The notes under the pieces are model-generated. The model did not search any database. It was given only the letters and a program-made list of their open reading frames with translations, and had not been told where the DNA came from. From contig CACYPV010000006.1 of assembly GCA_902776375.1 (NCBI GenBank), positions 893 to 64,892 on the forward strand: a stretch of DNA of 64,000 nucleotides. Direction: 5' to 3'. Each line of letters opens with the position of its first letter. Position 1 is the stretch's first letter. Source of the DNA: an uncultured Ruminococcus sp. GTDB taxonomy: Bacteria > Bacillota > Clostridia > Oscillospirales > Acutalibacteraceae. Of this stretch, positions 51,295 through 60,793 are shown in pieces. A program made the translations under genes and the position numbers.

Positions 51295-52836
51295 TTATTT
51301 ATCTTTGTCGCTGTTTTTGCGGCGTTTTGTGTTGGCTGTTGCCATTTCAAACCAGAAGGTGCTGCCCTTGCCCACGGCGCTCCTTACGCCGTAGCGCGCG
51401 TTGTGGGCGTCGAGGATGGACTTGACGATTGAAAGTCCGAGTCCCGAGCCGATAACTCCGCGCTTGTGCTCCTTGTCGACCTTATAGTACCGCTCCCAAA
51501 TGTAGGGTAGCTTGTCGGCGGGTATGCCCTCGCCGTGGTCGGTGACCTCGATGCGCACGCGCCTGTCCTTGATGGTCTGGGTTATGATGACCGTTTTATC
51601 GTCGCCGCAGTGATTGACCGCGTTGTTGACGAGGTTGTAAATGACCTGCGAAACGCGCAGCTCGTCGGCGTTGATGTAGGCGTCCTCGTCGCAGTTGAAG
51701 GTGATGTCGAAGCCGTCCTGCTCAACAAGCTTTGAGTAGCGGGTGAGTATATCGCGGACGCTGTCGGTAAGGCAGAACACCTTTTTCTCCGCTTGCAGCG
51801 CGCCTGACTGCAGCTTGGAAAGGTCGAGCAGATCGTTCACGAGCGTTGAAAGGCGCGTAGCCTCGTCGATGATTATCTGGATGTTTTCGGGGGTGTTTTC
51901 GCCCGGCAGATCGCGCATGACCTCGCCGTAGCCGGTTATCATGGTGAGCGGCGTGCGCAGGTCGTGTGAAATATTGGCGATAAGCTCTCGCTGCAGCTTT
52001 TCGGTAGCCGCGAGCTCAGTCCTGGCGTAGTTGAGCGTTTGGTTGAGCTCCTCGACCTCGCGGTAGCCCTTGGCGTTGAAATCTACGGCGTAGTTTTTCT
52101 TTGCCAGCTGCTTTGCCGCGTTGTTGGTGCGCGCTATCGGCTTTGCTATCCTGCGGCTGGCGTAGAGCGAAAAGATTATAGACAGCAATATGAACGCCAC
52201 CGACACCAGCAGAAGCTGATTGCGGATGACCTCGATAGTGGTGTTGAGCGGCGTTATTGACGAGGTGATGATAAGGAAGGTCTGCCGCCCGTCCTTGCGC
52301 GGTATTATATATGTATAGACAAGGCTTTCGTTTTCGCTGTCCGTGGTCTGCCGCGCCTGCGCGATAAAGCTGTCGGCGCTGGAAACGGACTGGCTCATTA
52401 TATCGATGCGCTTACGCGCCATATCCTCGGCGTCGTTTGAGTCTACAAAGCTGCATTTGCCGCCGTGGTCTACGGTTTTTTCGTAGTACTTCAAAACATC
52501 CTTGTACTCGAGCTCAAGCCTTATAGTGGGGTTCTCGTAGGAGCACTTGCGTGAAAACTCCGGCTTGCCGCCGCCCACGTCGTAAAGGTAGACGGTGAGC
52601 GTGTATTCGCTGGCGACGTTGTCGACGGTGGCGAACACGTTTTTGCTGTGCTGCACCGCCTTTGAAATTTGAGTGGCGCCCTTTTCGACCTTCATAGACT
52701 TTGACACGGTGTACAGAGGTTTGAGGAAAAACGACTGGAACACCCAGAGCACGATGAGGATTATCGCGCCGAACACCAGAAAGTAAACCAGGAGCTTGGC
52801 GCGCAGGGGCATTTTTTTCAGACTAAACCGTTTCAA
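51295..52836 (-). CDS. Sensor histidine kinase (two TM helices, HAMP, HisKA, HATPase_c)
   Basis: H-box ISHDLRTPL, N-box NLVNNAVNH and G-boxes DHGEGI/GSGLGLSIV. Confidence 0.9.
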   Translation of the reverse strand: MKRFSLKKMPLRAKLLVYFLVFGAIILIVLWVFQSFFLKPLYTVSKSMKVEKGATQISKAVQHSKNVFATVDNVASEYTLTVYLYDVGGGKPEFSRKCSYENPTIRLELEYKDVLKYYEKTVDHGGKCSFVDSNDAEDMARKRIDIMSQSVSSADSFIAQARQTTDSENESLVYTYIIPRKDGRQTFLIITSSITPLNTTIEVIRNQLLLVSVAFILLSIIFSLYASRRIAKPIARTNNAAKQLAKKNYAVDFNAKGYREVEELNQTLNYARTELAATEKLQRELIANISHDLRTPLTMITGYGEVMRDLPGENTPENIQIIIDEATRLSTLVNDLLDLSKLQSGALQAEKKVFCLTDSVRDILTRYSKLVEQDGFDITFNCDEDAYINADELRVSQVIYNLVNNAVNHCGDDKTVIITQTIKDRRVRIEVTDHGEGIPADKLPYIWERYYKVDKEHKRGVIGSGLGLSIVKSILDAHNARYGVRSAVGKGSTFWFEMATANTKRRKNSDKDK

Positions 52837-53509
52837 ATCTGTAGCCCACTCCCCTAAGCGTGACTATGCACTTGCTGTAATCGCCGAGGCTTTTGCGCAG
52901 CAGCTTGATGTGCGTGTCGAGCGTGCGCTCGTCGCCGAAAAAGTCGTAGCCCCAGACCTCGCTGATAAGGGCTTCGCGGGTGAGCGCTATGCCCTTGTTG
53001 CGAACCATGTAGAAAAAGAGGTCGTATTCCTTGGGGGTCATTTCGACGCGCTTGCCGTCGATCGTCACGGTGCGCGCGGAAAAGTCGACCTCTAAGCCGT
53101 TGTAGGTGAACACGTCGTTCTTTTGAGCGGAGTCACCCTTGCCCGAGCGCTTTATGACCGCGCCGACGCGCATCATGAGCTCCTTGGGCGAGAAGGGCTT
53201 TACGACGTAGTCGTCGCTGCCCAGCTCAAAGCCGTGGATCTTGTCGTACTCCTCGCCGCGCGCCGAGAGCATGATGATGGGCGTATCGCGGAACTTGCGG
53301 ATCTCGCGGCAGGCGGAAAAGCCGTCGAGCTCGGGCATCATGACGTCCATGATGATGAGGTCGAACTCCTTTTGGCGGCAAATTTGGATAGCCTGCATGC
53401 CGTCGGTGGCTTCCTCTACCTCGTAGCCCTCGAACTCGGCGTATTTGCGGATAAGCTGACGAATGCGGAATTCGTCGTCTACAACCAGAATTTTGCTCAT
53501 ATCTATCAA
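52823..53509 (-). CDS. OmpR/PhoB family response regulator
   Basis: Receiver domain (ILVVDDE..DLIIMDVMMPELDG) plus a winged-helix C-terminus (TLRGVGYRF). Overlaps the kinase gene by 14 nt. Confidence 0.9.
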   Translation of the reverse strand: MIDMSKILVVDDEFRIRQLIRKYAEFEGYEVEEATDGMQAIQICRQKEFDLIIMDVMMPELDGFSACREIRKFRDTPIIMLSARGEEYDKIHGFELGSDDYVVKPFSPKELMMRVGAVIKRSGKGDSAQKNDVFTYNGLEVDFSARTVTIDGKRVEMTPKEYDLFFYMVRNKGIALTREALISEVWGYDFFGDERTLDTHIKLLRKSLGDYSKCIVTLRGVGYRFETV

Positions 53510-53627
53510 TTCCTTTATCTTATTTTTCCATCTCTAAATAATTATTATATCACAGAATAAAAAGGATTGAAATAGTTTATAAAAAGTTTTATAATATATT
53601 TTATACAAACGACAAAGGAGATTGATC

Positions 53628-54479
53628 ATGGATATACGCGCAATAGACGCCGCCGAAATAACCGCGGCGGTAAAAAAGCTGTTTATGGACTGCAACTATT
53701 TCATAGGCGGCGACATCATGAGCTCGCTTGAAAGGGCGCTGGAGATCGAGGACTCCCCGGTCGCGAAAAGCGTGCTCAGCCAGATAATAGAGAACGACAA
53801 AATAGCCGCCGCGGAGGAGATACCGCTTTGTCAGGACACGGGAATGGCGGTGCTGTTCGTCGAGTACGGCGACAAGGTGTGCGTACAAAACGGCAGCTTT
53901 GAGGACGCTGTTCAGCAGGGCGTGCGCGAGGCATACGACGAGGGCTATCTGCGCAAGAGCGTGGTGAGCGACCCGGTTTTTGACCGCGTGAACACCCGCG
54001 ACAACACGCCCGCGATAATCCACACCAAAATAGTGAGCGGAGATAGAATAAAGATCACCGCCGGCGGCAAGGGCTTTGGCAGCGAGAACATGTCGGCTAT
54101 TAAAATGCTGACACCGGCATACGGCGTTGAGGGCGTGAAGCAGTTCATTCTTGACACCGTAAGGGCGGCGGGTCCCAACCCCTGCCCGCCGATAGTGGTC
54201 GGCGTTGGAATTGGCGGCACCTTTGAGCGCGCTGCTCAGCTTGCGAAGAAGGCTACCTTTCGCGCGATAGACACGCATAATCCCGACGAACGCTACGCTT
54301 TGCTTGAGGATGAGCTGCTCGAAAAAATCAACGAAATGGGCTTTGGCCCCGCGGGCTTGGGCGGTAAAACCACCGCGCTGGGCGTGAATATCGAGACCTC
54401 GCCCACACACATAGCCGGAATGCCGGTTGCGGTGAATATATGCTGTCACGCGGCAAGGCACGCAGATACAATCATTTAA
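53628..54479 (+). CDS. Fe-S hydro-lyase alpha subunit (class I fumarate hydratase / tartrate dehydratase type)
   Basis: [18 protein letters not shown] and [13 protein letters not shown] motifs. The start is set at the ATG at 53628 behind an AAAGGAG SD. Confidence 0.85.
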   Translation: MDIRAIDAAEITAAVKKLFMDCNYFIGGDIMSSLERALEIEDSPVAKSVLSQIIENDKIAAAEEIPLCQDTGMAVLFVEYGDKVCVQNGSFEDAVQQGVREAYDEGYLRKSVVSDPVFDRVNTRDNTPAIIHTKIVSGDRIKITAGGKGFGSENMSAIKMLTPAYGVEGVKQFILDTVRAAGPNPCPPIVVGVGIGGTFERAAQLAKKATFRAIDTHNPDERYALLEDELLEKINEMGFGPAGLGGKTTALGVNIETSPTHIAGMPVAVNICCHAARHADTII

Positions 54480-54514
54480 TTCGTAATGCGTAATTAGGAA
54501 TTATGGGAGGAAAC

Positions 54515-55042
54515 ATGGCTAAAAAAATACAGTTACCGATAACGGATGAGGATATAAAAAGCTTAAAGGCAGGCGACAGCGTGCTGCTTACGGGTACTAT
54601 AATCACGGGGCGCGACGCGGCGCACAAGCGGCTTTTTGAGCTGATAGAAAAAGGCGAGGAGCTGCCCGTGGACGTACGCGGCGAGTTGATATATTACGTA
54701 GGTCCCGCGCCCGCAAAGCCCGGCTACGCGGTGGGTCCGGCGGGTCCGACCTCGAGCTATCGCATGGACAAGTTCACCCCCGCCCTGCTAGATCTTGGCA
54801 TGAAGGGCATGATAGGCAAGGGCGCGCGCTCGCAGGAGGTCATCGACGCCATAGTGCGCAACAAGGCGGTGTACTTTGCCGCTATTGGCGGCGCGGCGGC
54901 GCTTATCGCAAAAAGCATAAAGAAGGAAGAGATCCTTTGTTACGAGGATTTGGGCACCGAAGCGGTGCGCAGATACACCGTAGAGGATTTTCCCTGCATA
55001 GTCGCGATAGACTGCGAGGGAAACAACGTTTATGAACGGTAA
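54515..55042 (+). CDS. Fe-S hydro-lyase beta subunit (fumarate hydratase C-terminal domain)
   Basis: LTGTIITGRDAAHKRL..GPAGPTSSYRMD..GMIGKG pattern. Confidence 0.85.
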   Translation: MAKKIQLPITDEDIKSLKAGDSVLLTGTIITGRDAAHKRLFELIEKGEELPVDVRGELIYYVGPAPAKPGYAVGPAGPTSSYRMDKFTPALLDLGMKGMIGKGARSQEVIDAIVRNKAVYFAAIGGAAALIAKSIKKEEILCYEDLGTEAVRRYTVEDFPCIVAIDCEGNNVYER

Positions 55043-55053
55043 ATAACAAAAAC

Positions 55054-55090
55054 AACGGAGCGACGCGCATGCCGCTCCGTTATTATTTGC
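55054..55090. terminator. Bidirectional stem-loop terminator
   Basis: AACGGAGCG-N10-CGCTCCGTT flanked by an A-run and a T-rich run. Confidence 0.7.
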
Positions 55091-55103
55091 AGTTTTATCA
55101 AAT

Positions 55104-56468
55104 CTATTTAAAGCCCGCAAGGCGTCTTTGGATCTCGGTCACATCGCGGATGTTTCGTTTTCCGTCTTGGTTGACGTCGCTGATGTAGATAGGCGGGCTG
55201 GGGTCGTCGAAGCTGTAGCAAGGCAGCTTTTGTCCGTAAACCAAGTCGTCATACGGGTAGCTGCTGAATTCAGCCATGCAGCGCTGCATTTCGGTGGCGT
55301 CGTTGATGGTCAGCGCGTTGTCCTTATCGATATCGCCGCGCAGTCTGCCGATGTTCAGCGCATCGAGCGCCTCGGACAAGCCGGAATAGGCGCCGCCGAC
55401 ATACGCGTTTTCCAAGCTGACAAATCGGTTTTGCTTCACGTCATAGACGGCATAGTCAAACTGAAACGGATTGCCGCCGGAATACTTTTGAAGGATCCTG
55501 TCGCCGAGCACGCTGTAGATGATCCACTCCTCCTCCGGACCGCCGTTGGAGGCTTGAACAAGCACCCAGTCAATCTCATCGTTCGCAAGGTGAACATACA
55601 GCTCGTTATAGATTTCCGGATTGAAATCTTCAAGATCATAATCTTCGTAATCCATGTATTTTTTGTCAAATTCGTTTTTATATGTATCCTTCGGCAAGCG
55701 GAAGCGTTCGCCCTCAGCCAAAGCGACAACGCCGAAGCGCGCGCCCTCCTTTGTTGCGAAGTCGAAGTCTCTGAGGTCGAGGAAAATACACAGCTCGGCG
55801 ACGTTTTCACCCACGTCGAGGGTTACGGGGTCGCCCATGAAAACCGCGTCAGTCCACACCTCATAAGCGTCAAAGCTGCCGCCGAAGGTGAAATCCATAC
55901 TGCCGCAATAGCTGACGCGGAACTCTCTGCCGTTCCCTGCCGAGGCGTTGACGCGCAGACAATAGATATAATCAGCGACTTCTTCCATCTCGTTTTTGAT
56001 GCTGATCTCGTTGCCGGCGGCGTTGTTCAGCCAGCCCTCATCGCCGTTGCCGAACACGTAAAAGGACTCAAAGTCGTGGGGATCGTTGTAGTCATAGACA
56101 TTGTCGCCGCTGACAGACACGACCTTGGTGAGCGCGTTGTAGCTGACAGTAAAGTCGCCGGGCGCTTCGATATCGAAAGCCACGGCGTTGCCGCTTTCGT
56201 CGCCGTACCACCGGCTTTCGTCATCTACATAGACCCTGACCTGCACATCGGTGTATTCGGTATTGGCGGTGTAGGTTTTGGAATATGTGTGATCGCCGAC
56301 AAATTCCATGATGTTGTCGGTGTTGCCGTTGTCCCACATCGTGCCGAAAAGGTCAGTCACGCTGCCTGTTGCAATACACTTGAGCGGCGCGGGAACGGCG
56401 CTCGCGCATATCACGGCGCAGGGCAAAAGCAGACACAAAACAAGCAGAAATGATATTGTTTTCTTCAT
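55104..56468 (-). CDS. Secreted dockerin-containing protein of unknown function
   Basis: Signal peptide MKKTISFLLVLCLLLPCAVICASA. C-terminal split dockerin GDIDKDNALTINDAT..SDVNQDGKRNIRDVTEIQRRLAGF. Confidence 0.75.
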   Translation of the reverse strand: MKKTISFLLVLCLLLPCAVICASAVPAPLKCIATGSVTDLFGTMWDNGNTDNIMEFVGDHTYSKTYTANTEYTDVQVRVYVDDESRWYGDESGNAVAFDIEAPGDFTVSYNALTKVVSVSGDNVYDYNDPHDFESFYVFGNGDEGWLNNAAGNEISIKNEMEEVADYIYCLRVNASAGNGREFRVSYCGSMDFTFGGSFDAYEVWTDAVFMGDPVTLDVGENVAELCIFLDLRDFDFATKEGARFGVVALAEGERFRLPKDTYKNEFDKKYMDYEDYDLEDFNPEIYNELYVHLANDEIDWVLVQASNGGPEEEWIIYSVLGDRILQKYSGGNPFQFDYAVYDVKQNRFVSLENAYVGGAYSGLSEALDALNIGRLRGDIDKDNALTINDATEMQRCMAEFSSYPYDDLVYGQKLPCYSFDDPSPPIYISDVNQDGKRNIRDVTEIQRRLAGFK

Positions 56469-56671
56469 AGCTATACCTCCTTGATTATAATATTTCTCTA
56501 TTATAATCATAGCACTTTAGGGGCAGTTTTGCAAGTAGATTTTTCACCTACCGATCCGGTCATTTTGCACAATCGACCGTTAATATCGCCACGGCAGGCA
56601 CACCGCATTCTTTTACAAAAAGCGCTTCGCTCTGCCGCAGAATTTCATCGGAAATAATAACGCCGATTCAA

Positions 56672-56700
56672 TTGACAATAACGGCGATTAATATTATAAT
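56672..56700 (+). promoter_or_regulatory. Consensus promoter TTGACA-17-TATAAT upstream of the tautomerase-ddl-murF genes
   Basis: Exact hexamers with a 17-nt spacer, 35 nt upstream of the ATG at 56735. Confidence 0.5.
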
Positions 56701-56734
56701 AAAACACGAATATACTTTATAGGAGAATAACATT

Positions 56735-57079
56735 ATGCCGTTTATCAATGTAAAAACAAATGCAGATATCCCAAAGGAAAAGAAAGAGATTATAAAAAGA
56801 CGTCTTTTTGACAGCATCAGCATCCTTCCCGGAAAAAGCGACCGTTACCTTATGGTCGCCGTGGAGGATAAAACAGACATGGCGTTTCACCGCGACAGCG
56901 AGTCGAACATGGCTATGGTAGAGGTAAAGATCTTCGGCAGCTCATCCAAGGACGCCTATCAGCGCCTGACTACGGCTATCTGCCTGATACTTCAGGATGA
57001 GGCGGACGTTGAGGGGCAAAACTGCTATGTAAAATTTGAGGAAGTAAAATACTGGGGCTATAACGGCTTTATGTTCTGA
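56735..57079 (+). CDS. Tautomerase/MIF superfamily protein
   Basis: Begins MPFINVKTN (Pro directly after the initiator Met), is about 114 aa long, and has a beta-alpha-beta repeat pattern. Confidence 0.65.
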   Translation: MPFINVKTNADIPKEKKEIIKRRLFDSISILPGKSDRYLMVAVEDKTDMAFHRDSESNMAMVEVKIFGSSSKDAYQRLTTAICLILQDEADVEGQNCYVKFEEVKYWGYNGFMF

Positions 57080-57100
57080 TAAAAGAGAAGGGGATCCATT

Positions 57101-58150
57101 ATGAGAATTGTAGTACTTGCCGGCGGCACGAGCACCGAGCGCGACGTTTCGATATCGTCGGGACTTTTGGTATCGGCCGCTCTCAGAGAAAAGGGACACG
57201 AGGTAGTGCTGCTCGACGTTTTTACCGGCTACGAGCAGGACATCCTTGACGTTGACGCGCTGTTCAAACAGAATTACAGCTTTACCGACAGCGCCAAGGT
57301 GAGCGAAACGATATCGGACATCGACGAGATACGCGAGAACCGCCGCGACAAATCGGACAGATTTATCGGCGAACACGTTATAGACATTTGCTCCTGCGCC
57401 GACATCACCTTCTTCGCGCTGCACGGCGGCGAGGGCGAGAACGGTCAGCTTCAGGCGGCGTTCGATCTGCTCGGGCTGAAATATACCGGCTCGGGATATC
57501 TGGGCTCCGCGCTCGCGATGAACAAGGGTCTTACCAAAAGCGTGCTTACGCAAAAGAAGGTTATGACCCCCAGAGGCGAGATATTCAGGAGCGTTGAAGA
57601 AACCAAGGATTGGAAGGTGTTCCCCTGCGTTGTCAAGCCCTGCTCGGGCGGCTCCAGCGTGGGTATCACCATAGTCAAGGACAAGAAGGATTTCAAGAAA
57701 TCGGTCGAAGAGGCTTTTGCCTACGGCGAACGCGAGATAGTTGTAGAGCAATACGTAAAGGGCAGAGAATTTGCCGTCGGCGTTTTGGGCGGCAAGGCGC
57801 TGCCCCCTATCGAGATAATCCCGAACGGCGGCTTTTACGACTACAGGACAAAATATCAGGCGGGCGCGGCTATTGAGAAATGCCCCGCAAACATCACCCT
57901 TGAGCAGGATACGGCTATGCGCAAGGCGGCGGAAGAGGCGTACAACGCGCTTCACCTGCAAAGCTACGCAAGAATGGACTTTATTCTTGACAAGGGCAAC
58001 AACGCATATTGCCTTGAAGCGAACACCCTGCCCGGCATGACCCCCACAAGCCTGCTGCCTCAGGAGGCGGCTGCCGAGGGTATAGGCTACACCGAGCTGT
58101 GCGAGCTGATAATCCAATACTCGCTGAAAAAATACGAAAAAAAGGTATGA
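57101..58150 (+). CDS. ddl: D-alanine--D-alanine ligase
   Basis: MRIVVLAGGTSTEREVS-type N-terminus, ATP-grasp core, and C-terminal EANTLPGMT. Confidence 0.95.
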   Translation: MRIVVLAGGTSTERDVSISSGLLVSAALREKGHEVVLLDVFTGYEQDILDVDALFKQNYSFTDSAKVSETISDIDEIRENRRDKSDRFIGEHVIDICSCADITFFALHGGEGENGQLQAAFDLLGLKYTGSGYLGSALAMNKGLTKSVLTQKKVMTPRGEIFRSVEETKDWKVFPCVVKPCSGGSSVGITIVKDKKDFKKSVEEAFAYGEREIVVEQYVKGREFAVGVLGGKALPPIEIIPNGGFYDYRTKYQAGAAIEKCPANITLEQDTAMRKAAEEAYNALHLQSYARMDFILDKGNNAYCLEANTLPGMTPTSLLPQEAAAEGIGYTELCELIIQYSLKKYEKKV

Positions 58151-59502
58151 GTATGAAACCGTTCACTTTAGCAGAGATCGCCGCGGCGTGCGGCGGTACA
58201 TACGTAGGAAATGAGGACATGAAGTCCGCCGTCATAACCTCGGTCGAGCGCGACAGCAGGCAGGTCAAAGAGGGCTCGCTGTTCCTCGCCATAAAGGGCG
58301 AGCGCGTCGACGGACACGACTACATCCAAAAATGCTACGACAACGGCGCGATTTGCGCGATTTGCGAAAAAGCGCCCGAAAACGCAGACAAGCCGTACAT
58401 CCTTGTCCCCTCTACCCTGCAGGCGGTCAAGGAGATAGGCAGGGCGTACCGCGAAAAATTCGACATTCCCGTCGTGGGCGTGTCGGGCAGCGTGGGCAAG
58501 ACCTCCACAAAGGAAATGCTGTACGCGGTGCTCTCGCAGAAATTCAAGACGCACAAGACTCAGGGCAACCTGAACAACGAGCTGGGCGTTCCGCTGACGC
58601 TTTTGAGCATGCCGGAGGACACCGAGGCGGCTGTTATAGAGATGGGCATTTCCGGCTTTGGCGAGATGACCCGCCTTGCGAAAATGGCGCAGCCCACCAT
58701 CTGCGTGCTGACGATAATCGGCTGCTGTCACCTTGAAAACCTGGGCGACCGCGACGGCGTGCTGAAAGCCAAGACCGAAATGTTTGATTACGCGAAGGAT
58801 GGCGCGGCGTTCATTCTGAACGGCGACGACGACAAGCTGTCGACCGTAAAGGACGTTCGCGGCACAAAGCCCATATTCTTCGGGCTTGACAAAAGCAACC
58901 GCTATTACGCGGAGAACATTGAAAACAACGGCGAGGGCGGCGTGAGCTGCACCCTCTGCTTTGACGACACGCGGCTCGACGTGACTATCCCCGCAATCGG
59001 CAGCTACATGGTGTCTAACGCGCTGGCGGCGGTGGCGGCGGGCAAGCTGCTGGGGCTAAGCGACGAACAGCTTAAAAACGGCGTTGAGGCTTACAAGACC
59101 GTGGGTAGCCGCGCGAACGTGATAAACACGGGCAAGCTGCGCATCATCGACGACTGCTACAACGCGAACCCCACCTCGGTGAAGGCTTCGCTTGACACGC
59201 TGAAAAACTTTGAGGGCAGGAAAGTCGCCATACTCGGCGACATGAAGGAGCTCGGCTCAAACGAGCTTGCGCTGCACTACGACACGGGCGCGTACGCCAA
59301 AGAGATAGGCATAGACCGCGTTTTGAGCGTGGGACCGCTTGCAAAGGAGCTTGCGCGGGGCGCGGAGGACGTGTGGTTCGAGAGCATAGACGCGCTGCTT
59401 CCCGAGCTGCCCGATTTGCTAAAGGACGGCGACACCGTGCTTGTTAAGGCTTCGCACTCGATGCATTTTGAAAACATAGTTGAGAATTTAAAAACGTTAT
59501 GA
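58147..59502 (+). CDS. murF: UDP-N-acetylmuramoyl-tripeptide--D-alanyl-D-alanine ligase
   Basis: GVSGSVGKTSTKEM P-loop, NNELGVP, and DDCYNANP. The start overlaps the ddl stop (ATGA). Confidence 0.9.
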   Translation: MSMKPFTLAEIAAACGGTYVGNEDMKSAVITSVERDSRQVKEGSLFLAIKGERVDGHDYIQKCYDNGAICAICEKAPENADKPYILVPSTLQAVKEIGRAYREKFDIPVVGVSGSVGKTSTKEMLYAVLSQKFKTHKTQGNLNNELGVPLTLLSMPEDTEAAVIEMGISGFGEMTRLAKMAQPTICVLTIIGCCHLENLGDRDGVLKAKTEMFDYAKDGAAFILNGDDDKLSTVKDVRGTKPIFFGLDKSNRYYAENIENNGEGGVSCTLCFDDTRLDVTIPAIGSYMVSNALAAVAAGKLLGLSDEQLKNGVEAYKTVGSRANVINTGKLRIIDDCYNANPTSVKASLDTLKNFEGRKVAILGDMKELGSNELALHYDTGAYAKEIGIDRVLSVGPLAKELARGAEDVWFESIDALLPELPDLLKDGDTVLVKASHSMHFENIVENLKTL

Positions 59503-59526
59503 TATACAGAAAGGCAGGAATGTAAA

Positions 59527-60153
59527 ATGTCGGTATCCTATATGACCCATCCGCTGATAAAGCACAAAATAACCTTGCTGCGCAAATGCTCCACCGGAAC
59601 AGGCGAGTTCCGCAAGCTGATTGAGGAGATCGCCATGATGATGGGCTATGAGGCGCTGGCTGACCTGCCAACGGCTGACATAGAGGTAAGAACGCCTATC
59701 GAAAGAACGATGCAGCCCGTTATCAACGGCAAAAAGCCGGCGGTGGTGCCTATTTTGCGCGCGGGCTTGGGCATGGTGAACGGCATACTTGCGCTGGTTC
59801 CCTCGGCTAAGGTCGGACACATCGGTATTTTCCGCGACCCCGAAACTCACCTGCCGCAGGTGTATTACGGCAAGCTGCCCGAGGCTATCAGCGAACGTCA
59901 GATAGTGGTGTTGGATCCGATGCTTGCCACCGGCGGCACGGCTGTGGCGGCTGTTGACTTTATAAAGGAACAGGGCGGCAAAAACATAAAGTTTATGTCG
60001 GTGCTTGCGGCGCCCGAGGGCGTGAGCGTGCTGATGAAAAAGCACCCCGACATTCAGCTTTACGTTGGCTGTCTTGACCGCTGCCTAAACGACGACGCCT
60101 ACATCTGCCCCGGCGTGGGCGACGCCGGCGACCGGATTTTCGGTACACTGTGA
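59527..60153 (+). CDS. upp: Uracil phosphoribosyltransferase
   Basis: HPLIKHKITLLR.., VLDPMLATGGT PRPP motif, and C-terminal PGVGDAGDRIFGT. Confidence 0.95.
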   Translation: MSVSYMTHPLIKHKITLLRKCSTGTGEFRKLIEEIAMMMGYEALADLPTADIEVRTPIERTMQPVINGKKPAVVPILRAGLGMVNGILALVPSAKVGHIGIFRDPETHLPQVYYGKLPEAISERQIVVLDPMLATGGTAVAAVDFIKEQGGKNIKFMSVLAAPEGVSVLMKKHPDIQLYVGCLDRCLNDDAYICPGVGDAGDRIFGTL

Positions 60154-60208
60154 TTTATAAAACCCGTGGGCGGCTTTTGTCGCCCATTGTTAATAGAGGG
60201 ATCAAATT

Positions 60209-60562
60209 ATGTCAATAAAAGATAAATACCCCTTTAACCATATCAAAAACAAGCTTGACCCGCCTAAAACCGTTTACGCGGGACCCGATTATTTTGAAAA
60301 AAACGCGGCGGGCGTTTACGCGGGGCCGGACTACTTTTCCGCTCCCGTCGCGCCGCCTGTGGAGGAATATCCGGCACCGACCTACGCGGGACCCGAAATG
60401 AACGGCGGCATAGGCGCGTTTGCTCCTATGCCCGAGGAGAAAAAGGAAGCCGCGCCCGCAAAGAATCCCGACGGCGTTTTTTGCACGATGTGCGGAGCGA
60501 TAAATCCCGAAAACGCGAATTTCTGCTCAAAATGCGGCGCGCCCTTGGTGAATAGAGGCTAG
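60209..60562 (+). CDS. Pro-rich protein with three YAGP repeats and a C-terminal zinc ribbon
   Basis: VYAGPDYF twice, TYAGPE once, and C-terminal CTMCG..CSKCG. Confidence 0.7.
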   Translation: MSIKDKYPFNHIKNKLDPPKTVYAGPDYFEKNAAGVYAGPDYFSAPVAPPVEEYPAPTYAGPEMNGGIGAFAPMPEEKKEAAPAKNPDGVFCTMCGAINPENANFCSKCGAPLVNRG

Positions 60563-60600
60563 TTAATGCGTAATGCGTAATGCGTAATTGATTTAGTAGG
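60563..60600 (+). repeat. GCGTAAT heptamer array directly after the stop codon
   Basis: TTAATGCGTAATGCGTAATGCGTAATTGA places TAA in all three forward frames. The same word occurs at 54483-54497 and around 27853. Confidence 0.65.
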
Positions 60601-60646
60601 GGCGGCGCTTGCCTGCGCGTGATTTAAAACCGAGGAGAGGACTAAT

Positions 60647-60793
60647 ATGTTCGGCAAGAAAAAATACCCTTTTAGCTTTTCGAACAGCGGCGGCGAGCCC
60701 GTTGACGTATACGCGGGGCCTCCGCTTGACGTCGAACCGGACGACGAAATGACGGACGAAAGCGCCGAGGAAGAAACAGATGAAAAGCGCTGA
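60647..60793 (+). CDS. 48-codon ORF MFGKKKYPFSFSNSGGEPVDVYAGPPLDVEPDDEMTDESAEEETDEKR, a candidate precursor or partner peptide of the downstream radical SAM enzyme
   Basis: Absent from the ORF track. A GGAGAGG SD lies 6 nt upstream. Its stop overlaps the rSAM start by 14 nt. The N-terminal 26 aa are paralogous to those of the 60209-60562 protein (KYPF .. (D/E)P..VYAGP). Confidence 0.5.
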   Translation: MFGKKKYPFSFSNSGGEPVDVYAGPPLDVEPDDEMTDESAEEETDEKR